12,291 nt of DNA from Armatimonadota bacterium. Its GTDB lineage: Bacteria; Sysuimicrobiota; Sysuimicrobiia; Sysuimicrobiales; Humicultoraceae. Location: NCBI GenBank assembly GCA_052386995.1, contig JBQTJP010000147.1:1-12291 (forward strand). The letters are read 5' to 3'. Below the pieces are notes generated by a model that had not been told where the DNA came from, did not search any database, and was given only the letters and a program-made list of their open reading frames with translations. The translations under genes and the position numbers were made by a program. Shown piece after piece: positions 1 through 7,310 of the stretch; the stretch's first letter is position 1, and every line of letters begins with the position of its first letter.

Positions 1-1125
1 CGCCTGCGGCGCCTGCGCGGTCTGATGGTTCGGGATAGCTGGGATTGCGTTGTCGTCGTGGGCAACCAGGTTGAACGCGCGAACATCCGTTATCTCACTA
101 ACTTCGAGGACTTCTATGGCGGCGAGACCGTCTTGGTGGTTCCGGATGATGGCGCGCCCGGCTTTGCCACGAATGCGATCATGCACGGTGAGCCGATGCA
201 CTCCGGGATTCAGGATTGCTGGATCGAGGACGTACGCTGCGCAGCCGCCACCCGCACGCTGCCCGGTGCCACCACTGCCGTCAGTCTGTTCGATCACCTC
301 GATGATCTGCTCGCGGAGCGTGGCGCAACCGACGGGACCATCGGGGTGGTCGGAGACACGGGCGCCGATCGCGTGCTTCAATACCTCACGGGACGGTTTC
401 CCTCGGCGCGCGTCACGGCGGCGACGGGGCTGCTGCTCGAGATGCGCGCGATCAAGAGCCCTCGTGAGGTCGAAGTGATGCGCAAGGCCTGCCACCTGGC
501 CGATGTCGCCATGCAGGCGGCGATGGATGCCGTCCGGCCCGGAATCAGCGAATTCGAGCTCGCTGCCGAGGCGAACTACGCGATGTTCAAGGCCGGCGCC
601 GAGCATCCGGCATTCGCGCTCGCGGTGGGCGCGGGGCCGCGATCCGGATTCAAGCACGTGGCGCCCACCGGCAACCGCGTCCGGGAAGGGGACATCGTCT
701 ACATCGACGTCGGCGGCCGGTACATGGGCTACTGCAGCGACGGGTCGCGGCAGCGTGTCTGCGGAATTCCAAGCGACGAGCAACGCCGGTTCATGGAAGC
801 CCAGATCGCCATCGTGGAGACCGTCATGCGCGCGGCTCGCCCCGGAGCCGTCATCGCCGACCTGGCAGCGATCGCTCAGGCAATCGCGCAGGATGCGGGG
901 TACGAAGACTACCTCTACTTCCGCGGGCATGGGATCGGCTGCGGCGTGCAGGACCTGCCGGCGTTTACGCCCGCAAACCGTGCGGCGCTAGAGGAGAACA
1001 TGATCTTCGCGTTCGAGCCCATGCTGGTGCGTAAGGATTTTGGGACGGCCTGCTGGGAGGACATCTGGTGGGTCACCGCCGGCGGCGTTGAGCGTCTCAA
1101 CCGCTGCCAGATCCGGTGGTGGTAG
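1..1125 (+). CDS. M24-family (Xaa-Pro peptidase/creatinase-like) metallohydrolase, paralog 1; 5' end probably outside the window
   Basis: Frame is open from base 1 (RLRRLRGLMVRDSWDCVVV, a typical creatinase-N start). NIRYLTNF; RAIKSPREVEVMRKA linker; metal-ligand motifs YIDVGGRYMGYCSD, GHGIG, FAFEP, WED. Alignment with paralog 2 suggests about 25 N-terminal residues are missing. Confidence 0.92.
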   Translation, partial: RLRRLRGLMVRDSWDCVVVVGNQVERANIRYLTNFEDFYGGETVLVVPDDGAPGFATNAIMHGEPMHSGIQDCWIEDVRCAAATRTLPGATTAVSLFDHLDDLLAERGATDGTIGVVGDTGADRVLQYLTGRFPSARVTAATGLLLEMRAIKSPREVEVMRKACHLADVAMQAAMDAVRPGISEFELAAEANYAMFKAGAEHPAFALAVGAGPRSGFKHVAPTGNRVREGDIVYIDVGGRYMGYCSDGSRQRVCGIPSDEQRRFMEAQIAIVETVMRAARPGAVIADLAAIAQAIAQDAGYEDYLYFRGHGIGCGVQDLPAFTPANRAALEENMIFAFEPMLVRKDFGTACWEDIWWVTAGGVERLNRCQIRWW

Positions 1126-1128
1126 CCC

Positions 1129-2166
1129 GTGGCTGCTGACGTCATCGTCAAGCCAGGAGAGATCGAGGCGCTCGTCGCGCAGATGCTGCGGGCCGCCGGC
1201 GTCGTGCCGGACGAAGCCGCGCTGGTCGCGGCGCATCTGGTTGACGCAGAAGCGCGCGGCTATGAATCGCAGGGACTCATGCGCGTGGCGAACTGCGTGC
1301 GGTGGGCTCGTGGTGGTGAGATCGCCTCACCCACGCGCGTCACCGTCGAGCGCGATTCCGGGGCAGCGCTGGTGATCGATGCGCATCACGGCTGGGGGCA
1401 CGTGGCCGCGCTACGCGCCATGGACTTGTGCGCCGAGCGCGCGGCGACGAACGGCGCGTGCCTGGCGGTGATGCGCAACGTCACACACATCGGTCGGCTG
1501 GGATATTACGTCGAGGCCGCGGCGGCCAGGAGCATGATTGGCCTCATCGCCTGCTCGGGCGGGCCGCACGCGGCGTGGATGGCGCCGTGGGGTGGGACGC
1601 GCCCAGTCCTCAGCACGAATCCGCTGGCAATCGGCTTCCCGCGGAGGGACGGTCCACCCGTTGTCATCGACATCTCGACGACTCAAACATCCCGCGGCAA
1701 GGTACTGTTGGCTCAGCGGCTGGGAGAGCAACTGCCGGCGGGATGGGCTTTCGATCGCACGGGCAATCCCACCCGCGACCCGCACGAGGCGCTTCCGCCG
1801 CGAGGCTCGTTGGCGCCCGCCGGCGGCCACAAAGGCTATGCTCTTGCGGTGGCGATCGAGATTCTCTGCGGCGTCCTCTCAGGCATCTGGCCCCCGGACC
1901 CCTCTGGAAACTTCGTGGGTGCGATTCGGGTCGATGCGTTTCTCCCTCTGGACGCGTACGAGGAGAGCGTGTCCGGCCTGACACGCGAGATCAAGTCCGG
2001 TCCAATGCGTCCTGGGGTCGATGAGATTCTGCTCCCGGGCGAGGGCAGCGCGCGCCGCAGGTCTGTGAGCCTGTCGGCGGGACTGCGCATCCCGGCCGAT
2101 GTGTGGCAGGAAATCAGCGACCTGGCCAGAGAACTAGGCGTCAACCTTCATGGCCATCTGGGATGA
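1129..2166 (+). CDS. Ldh_2-family NAD(P)-dependent oxidoreductase (malate/L-lactate/ureidoglycolate/sulfolactate dehydrogenase-like)
   Basis: GTG start 3 nt after the upstream stop. Motifs AEARGYESQG (variant of GxxSHG), HIGRLGYY, LSTNPLAIGFP, VIDISTT, GGHKGYALAV, LPGE. Confidence 0.92.
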   Translation: MAADVIVKPGEIEALVAQMLRAAGVVPDEAALVAAHLVDAEARGYESQGLMRVANCVRWARGGEIASPTRVTVERDSGAALVIDAHHGWGHVAALRAMDLCAERAATNGACLAVMRNVTHIGRLGYYVEAAAARSMIGLIACSGGPHAAWMAPWGGTRPVLSTNPLAIGFPRRDGPPVVIDISTTQTSRGKVLLAQRLGEQLPAGWAFDRTGNPTRDPHEALPPRGSLAPAGGHKGYALAVAIEILCGVLSGIWPPDPSGNFVGAIRVDAFLPLDAYEESVSGLTREIKSGPMRPGVDEILLPGEGSARRRSVSLSAGLRIPADVWQEISDLARELGVNLHGHLG

Positions 2167-2860
2167 TGTCGTTTCCCCTGAGGAACGCGCGCTGTACGAG
2201 CGCGGCGGGTGGGGCGGCATCGCCGGGTTTGGCCGCAGGCCCGCGCTGCTGGTCGTTGACATGTATACGGCGTTCGTGGATCCTGCGTATCCGTACGCCA
2301 GCCCAGGGGCTTCACAGACGGTCACGGTTATCAAGGAACTGCTCGGGCAGGCCCGCGCGACCGGCATGCCGGTGCTCTACTCACGCGCCGACCGGGCCAG
2401 GAATGCCGCCGAGCGGGGCCGCTGGAAGGGAGCGGGCAGGGCCCTTCCCATCATGGCGCGCCCCGAAGCGTACCATATCGTCCCTGAGCTGCAGCCGCTG
2501 CCAACTGAATCCGTGGTGGTGAAAATCGCTCCGAGCGCGTTTCACGGCACGAATCTGGTCAGCCAGCTCATCTTTCACGGCGTCGACACTGTCATCGTGA
2601 CGGGCGCGGTCACCAGTGGCTGTGTTCGGGCAACGGTCGTCGACGCGTTCAGTGCTGGCTTTAGGGTCATTGTGCCCATCGAAGGGGTGTGCGACCGAGG
2701 GGCGACAAGCCATAAGGTGGCCCTCTGGGACATCTACACCCGGTACGGCGACGTGCTTCCGGCGGCCGACGTCCTGGCGTACATGCGAACGGTTCGGGAC
2801 GGCGTGGCCGGCGATCCCCAGATCAGGCAGGTCACGGTATCACACTCCCAGGGAGGATGA
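2150..2860 (+). CDS. Isochorismatase-family cysteine hydrolase (maleamate amidohydrolase/N-carbamoylsarcosine amidase-like)
   Basis: GFGRRPALLVVD (D37), VVKIAPSAFHGT (K125) and TGAVTSGCVRATVVDA (C158) give an intact Asp-Lys-Cys triad. Overlaps the upstream gene by 17 nt. Confidence 0.92.
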   Translation: MAIWDDVVSPEERALYERGGWGGIAGFGRRPALLVVDMYTAFVDPAYPYASPGASQTVTVIKELLGQARATGMPVLYSRADRARNAAERGRWKGAGRALPIMARPEAYHIVPELQPLPTESVVVKIAPSAFHGTNLVSQLIFHGVDTVIVTGAVTSGCVRATVVDAFSAGFRVIVPIEGVCDRGATSHKVALWDIYTRYGDVLPAADVLAYMRTVRDGVAGDPQIRQVTVSHSQGG

Positions 2861-2865
2861 GCCAG

Positions 2866-4464
2866 ATGAACGGACAGCTTACGCGGGTCGCGATGGCGGC
2901 GCTGATTGGGCTCGTCGTCGCCGTCTCCGGTCTCAGCGTCAGCGCGGGGCCGGCCGGCGACTCCGTGCTGCGCATCTATATGGTTGGCGATGCCCGCACG
3001 CTCGATCCCGCCGTGGCTTCGGATTTTCCGACGGCGTCCAACGCCTACCTGCTCCATCTGCGGCTGGTGACCATGGACGGCGCAGGGAAGATTCATCCTC
3101 AGGGCGCGCGCTCATGGAACATCACCGGCGGAGGGCTCGTGTACACGTTCGAGCTCGACCCCCGCGCGAAGTTTCACAACGGTAAGACGGTGACGGCCGC
3201 CGATTGGAAATGGTCACTCGATCGCCTGGCGCAGCCGGCGACCGGGAGTGGATCGGCCGAAGCCGTCCTGGGCGGCGTCATCGGCTTTGATGCCGTGCGC
3301 AGCGGGGCGACGATGTCGCTGGCTGGGGTGCGCGCCGTCAATCCCACAACGCTTCAGATCGCGCTGGCGCCTGATGGGCGAGGGGGATTCATCAACAGGC
3401 TCACGTCTTACAACGCGTCGGTCTTGAACAGGGAAGAGGTGGAGGGGAGCCGCGACTGGCAGGAGAAGGGCGCCGCCGGCGCCGGGCCCTTCAGGCTGGC
3501 GGCGTGGGAGCGGAACGTCAGGTGGGTCTACACGGCCAACAGAGACTTCGTCCTCGGCTCGCCCAAGGTTGACAGGATCGAGATGCTGATTGTTCCGTCG
3601 GCCATCACGCGGTTCAATCTCTATGAAGCCGGGCAGCTGGATATCACGGACGTACCGCTTGCCGACTACCGGCGCGTCGCCGCCGACGCGCGATACAGCG
3701 GGCAGCTGCGCGTGTTCCCGCGGGCCCAGATCCTCTTCGTGGGTTTGAATCAGGGGGTCTACGAGCCCTTCCGGGATGTGCGCGTACGGCGCGCCATTGC
3801 CCAGGCGATCGATACCGAGCGCATCGCGCGGACCGTGTTCCTCGGCTTCTACACCGCGGCGAGGGGGATGGTCCCGCCACAAGTCCCCGGCGTTGACGCG
3901 GGAATGCGGGGTCTGCCGTACAATGCGGACGCCGCAAAGCGCCTTTTGGCGGAGAGCGGCTGGGCCGGTCGGTTGCCGCCGCTCGATATGGCGATCAACC
4001 CGGCCGCGCCCGACTATCAGATGGCCGCCGAGGCGATCGCGGCGATGCTGAAGGATACACTCGGCATCGAGGTGCGCCTGCAGCGGCAGGAATTCGCCGC
4101 CTACCGGGCCGCGCTCAACCGCCGCAACGTGTTTCCCTCGTTCATGCAGGGGTGGTCGGCCGCGTATCTTGACTACGGCTACTACATGGATCTGCTGCTG
4201 CACAGCCGCAGCGGGCTGAACTTCGCCAACTACCGCAGTCCGGAATTCGACAAACTGATCGACCAGGCCAACAGCGCGCGCAGCGAGGCGGATCGTGAGG
4301 CGCTCTACCGCCAGGCGGAGCAGATGGCCGTCGGCGATGCCAGCCTGGTGCCGGTGGTGTTCACGCGGTGGGCGATAGTCGTCAAGCCGCACGTGCGCGG
4401 GTTCGAAGGATCTCCGCTGTCGCTTGGCTGGACCGATATGACCGGCGTCGAGATTCGCCGCTAG
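2866..4464 (+). CDS. ABC transporter substrate-binding protein, family 5 (OppA/DppA-like)
   Basis: Hydrophobic signal peptide; TLDPA, YTFELDPRAKFHNGKTVTAADWKWS, GAGPFRL, PFRDVRVRRAIAQAID, NFANYRSPEFDKLIDQA. GGGAGG at 2851-2856 directly abuts ATG 2857 but is well spaced for the in-frame ATG 2866, which is preferred; 2857 is the alternative. Confidence 0.95.
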   Translation: MNGQLTRVAMAALIGLVVAVSGLSVSAGPAGDSVLRIYMVGDARTLDPAVASDFPTASNAYLLHLRLVTMDGAGKIHPQGARSWNITGGGLVYTFELDPRAKFHNGKTVTAADWKWSLDRLAQPATGSGSAEAVLGGVIGFDAVRSGATMSLAGVRAVNPTTLQIALAPDGRGGFINRLTSYNASVLNREEVEGSRDWQEKGAAGAGPFRLAAWERNVRWVYTANRDFVLGSPKVDRIEMLIVPSAITRFNLYEAGQLDITDVPLADYRRVAADARYSGQLRVFPRAQILFVGLNQGVYEPFRDVRVRRAIAQAIDTERIARTVFLGFYTAARGMVPPQVPGVDAGMRGLPYNADAAKRLLAESGWAGRLPPLDMAINPAAPDYQMAAEAIAAMLKDTLGIEVRLQRQEFAAYRAALNRRNVFPSFMQGWSAAYLDYGYYMDLLLHSRSGLNFANYRSPEFDKLIDQANSARSEADREALYRQAEQMAVGDASLVPVVFTRWAIVVKPHVRGFEGSPLSLGWTDMTGVEIRR

Positions 4465-4471
4465 ATCCGCG

Positions 4472-5392
4472 CTGTTACGGTACGCGCTCTACCGGATCGG
4501 CCTGACCCTGCCACTGCTGCTGGGCGCGGCGCTGCTGATCTTCGTAGCAGGCCGGATGGCCCCGGGTGATCCTGTCGCTATTCGACTCGGAGACAACTAC
4601 GATGAGCGCGCCGCGCGGGCGATCCGCAGGGAGTTGGGCCTCGACCGTCCCATCTGGGCACAGTTTGTGCGCTACATCGCCGGCGCCGCCCGCCTGGACT
4701 TCGGCGAGTCGTTCATCTATCCCGGGCGTCGCATCGACCGCATCGTCCGGCAGGCGCTGCCTCTCAGCCTGCGTCTGACGGCACTGGCGGTGGCCGGTGC
4801 CGCGGCCGTGGGGCTGACGCTCGGGATCATCGGCTCGGTGCGCGCGCGCTCGCGTCTCGACCGGGCCCTCCAGGTGCTCGTCGTCGTGGCGCTCTCGGTC
4901 CCCAACTTCGTCGTGGCGGCGCTGCTCGTGCTCGTGTTCGCGCTGTGGCTGCGCGCGCTGCCGGTCGCGGGGATCGGGCCGTGGCAGTCCTACGTGCTGC
5001 CCGTGGCCGTTCTCGCGGTGGCGCCTACCGCGTACATCACGCGCATCAGCCGCACCAGCATGCTGCAGGTCATGGCCGAGGACTACATCCGTACCGCGCA
5101 CAGCAAAGGGCTGGCGCGTCCACACATCGTCTTCCGGCACGTGCTGCGCAACGCCGCCCTCCCGATCGTGACGACGATCGGCCTGGCGTTCGGATATACG
5201 CTCACGGGCTCATTCATTGTCGAGATCATCTTCAACATCCCCGGCATGGCGCGCGTGGGGGTGGAAGGCATCCTGCAGCGCGATTACACGGTGATCCAGG
5301 CGGTCGTGCTCGTCTACACGTCGTTGTTCATCCTGGTCAATCTGGCCGTGGACCTTTCCTATGCATTCTTCAACCCTCGCATCCGCTACTAG
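4472..5392 (+). CDS. ABC transporter permease (OppB/DppB-like)
   Basis: (M)LRYALYRIGLTLPLLLG...MAPGDP N-terminus, GLDRPIWAQF, LDFGESF, EAA-loop DYIRTAHSKGL, IFNIPG, RDYTVIQ, NPRIRY end. The first ATG is at 4556, but family-like sequence starts at CTG 4472, so the start is uncertain. Confidence 0.9.
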   Translation: MLRYALYRIGLTLPLLLGAALLIFVAGRMAPGDPVAIRLGDNYDERAARAIRRELGLDRPIWAQFVRYIAGAARLDFGESFIYPGRRIDRIVRQALPLSLRLTALAVAGAAAVGLTLGIIGSVRARSRLDRALQVLVVVALSVPNFVVAALLVLVFALWLRALPVAGIGPWQSYVLPVAVLAVAPTAYITRISRTSMLQVMAEDYIRTAHSKGLARPHIVFRHVLRNAALPIVTTIGLAFGYTLTGSFIVEIIFNIPGMARVGVEGILQRDYTVIQAVVLVYTSLFILVNLAVDLSYAFFNPRIRY

Positions 5393-6245
5393 CGGGGCGC
5401 TCTCGCCACGCGCAGCATCGATCTGGAGGTTCTTCCGGCGCGACTCGCTCGCCTCACTGGCGGCGATGTTTCTGCTGCTCGTTGTGCTGATGGCGCTCAC
5501 CGCTCCGATCCTGACCCCCTACGCGTACGACCGCCAGGACCTGGACAGCACGCTGCGCGGCCCTCATTTCTCGCATCTGCTGGGCACCGACAATTTTGGA
5601 CGGGATGTCCTCTCGCGGGTCGCATCTGGCGCGCGCATCTCGCTGACCGTCGCCGCCATCGCCGTCGGAGCCGAGGTGATCGTGGGGACGCTCTGGGGGA
5701 CGCTCGCGGGCCTCGCCGGCGGCAAGGTCGACGCGTGGATGATGCGTGTCGTCGACCTTCTCATCGCGTTTCCGAACCTGCTGCTCGCGATCCTCATCAC
5801 TGGCATCTTTGGACCGAGTCTGCTGAACATCATCATCGCGCTCGTGTTGACCGCGTGGCCAGGCATGTCCCGCGTCGTACGCAGCGAGGTCGTGGCGCTG
5901 CGGGAGCGCGAGTTCGTCGAGGCGGCGCGCGCGCTCGGCGCGACGACAAGACGCATCGTCGGCCGCCATCTGCTGCCCAATGTGCTCCACCTGGTGGCGG
6001 CCCGCTCGACGCTCGATGTCAGCGCGATCATCCTGGTGGAAGCCGCCCTGAGTTTCGTCGGCGTCGGGGTGCAGCCGCCGCGGCCCTCCTGGGGACTGAT
6101 GATCAACGAGGCCTTTCCGTACCTGCGCAGCCAGCCGTATCTGCTGGCGATTCCTGCGGTGTTCTTGTCGCTGACCGTGATCTCGCTCAACGTGTTCGGG
6201 GAGTCGCTGGCGGACGCGCTCGATCCGTACCGGCGGCGGCGCTAG
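5361..6245 (+). CDS. ABC transporter permease (OppC/DppC-like)
   Basis: HLLGTDNFGRDVLSRVASGARISL, EFVEAARALGA EAA motif, RHLLPN, EAALSFVGVG..PP.PSWG, GESLADALDP. Confidence 0.94.
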   Translation: MHSSTLASATSGALSPRAASIWRFFRRDSLASLAAMFLLLVVLMALTAPILTPYAYDRQDLDSTLRGPHFSHLLGTDNFGRDVLSRVASGARISLTVAAIAVGAEVIVGTLWGTLAGLAGGKVDAWMMRVVDLLIAFPNLLLAILITGIFGPSLLNIIIALVLTAWPGMSRVVRSEVVALREREFVEAARALGATTRRIVGRHLLPNVLHLVAARSTLDVSAIILVEAALSFVGVGVQPPRPSWGLMINEAFPYLRSQPYLLAIPAVFLSLTVISLNVFGESLADALDPYRRRR

Positions 6246-6254
6246 GAGAGGGCC
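6244..6254 (+). promoter_or_regulatory. Ribosome-binding site for the LLM gene
   Basis: AGGAGAGG overlapping the upstream TAG, just before ATG 6255. Confidence 0.6.
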
Positions 6255-7310
6255 ATGAGGATCAGATTGGGGCTGAGCGTCCCCAACCGCGGCATCGTGA
6301 TCGGCGCCGGCGATCCCAAAGACCTGATCGCCATGTGCGAGGTCGCCGACCGCTCCGAGATGTTCGACGCGGTCTTCACCGGTGACAACCTGATCTCCAA
6401 GCCGCGGATCGACGCCATCGTCTTCCTGTCGCTCGTGGCGGGCAGGACGCGCCGGGTGGTGCTCGGCACGGCCTGTATGGCGTCGTTTGTCTTCCGGCAC
6501 CCGATCGTGCTGGCAAACCAGTGGGCGGCGCTGGACCGCCTGAGCGACGGACGCACGCTGCTGGTGGCCTGCATGGGCGGCGGGCCCAGCACCAGAAAGG
6601 GTTTCCGCTCGCCGAGTGGCGCAAAGTGGGAGACCGAGTTCGCCGCAATGGGTATGTCTGTGGAGGAGCGGGCCGGGCGAATGGTGGAGGGCATCAAGAT
6701 CCTGCGGGCGCTGTGGACCGGCGCGCCCGTCACGCATCGCGGCAGGTACTACCGGTTCGAGGACGTCCAGATCCATGTCACGCCCGCCCAGCACCCCTGC
6801 CCGATCCCAATCGCCAGCAATCCTATGCCGCCGTATGCCGATGAAGGGATGATCGAACGCGCGTTGCAGCGCGTGGGGCGGATCGGGGACGGGTGGATGG
6901 TCGAGATGAGCACGCCGGAGGAGTTCGGCGCCCGCTGGCAGCGAATACTGGACTACGCCCGCGAGGCCGGGCGCGACCCGCTGCCGACCGATTCGATGAT
7001 TCATTTCTACGTGAACATCCAGGACACGGGCCCGGCGGCCTTTGACGAAGCGCGGCGATTTTACGAGTCTTATCATATGGGGACGTTTCCCGAAGAGTAC
7101 TTGCGCTGGCGTCTGGTCACCGGAACGCCACAAGAGGTCACCGAGCGAATCGCGCGGTTCATCGACGCCGGGTGCACGCTGCCGATCATCCGCTTCGCCA
7201 GTTATGACCCGGTGGGTCAGATGCGCCGGGCGATGGAGGCCGTCATCCCAGCGCTGCGCGAGCACGCTGTCCGTCAGGAGGCGCGAACCGATGCCCCGCG
7301 TGCCGTTTGA
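6255..7310 (+). CDS. Luciferase-like monooxygenase (LLM) family flavin-dependent oxidoreductase
   Basis: RLGLSVPN, LVAGRTRRVVLGTA, RHPIVLANQWAALDRLSDGR, EGIKILRALWTG..VTHRGRYY, RVGRIGDGW, GTPQEVTERI. Cofactor (FMN or F420) cannot be determined by eye. Confidence 0.92.
   Translation: MRIRLGLSVPNRGIVIGAGDPKDLIAMCEVADRSEMFDAVFTGDNLISKPRIDAIVFLSLVAGRTRRVVLGTACMASFVFRHPIVLANQWAALDRLSDGRTLLVACMGGGPSTRKGFRSPSGAKWETEFAAMGMSVEERAGRMVEGIKILRALWTGAPVTHRGRYYRFEDVQIHVTPAQHPCPIPIASNPMPPYADEGMIERALQRVGRIGDGWMVEMSTPEEFGARWQRILDYAREAGRDPLPTDSMIHFYVNIQDTGPAAFDEARRFYESYHMGTFPEEYLRWRLVTGTPQEVTERIARFIDAGCTLPIIRFASYDPVGQMRRAMEAVIPALREHAVRQEARTDAPRAV

Noticed and set aside
5454..7265. 603-aa antisense ORF, and similar ones at 3214-4392, 7243-8280 and 4475-5140
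   Set aside because: They lie opposite well-supported genes, are rich in Arg/Gly/Asp/His/Ala/Pro and have no recognisable motifs; typical high-GC shadow ORFs.
7042..7290. N-terminal extension of the second M24 ORF (478 aa)
   Set aside because: Overlaps the LLM gene out of frame; ATG 7291 has an SD and a family-typical N-terminus.
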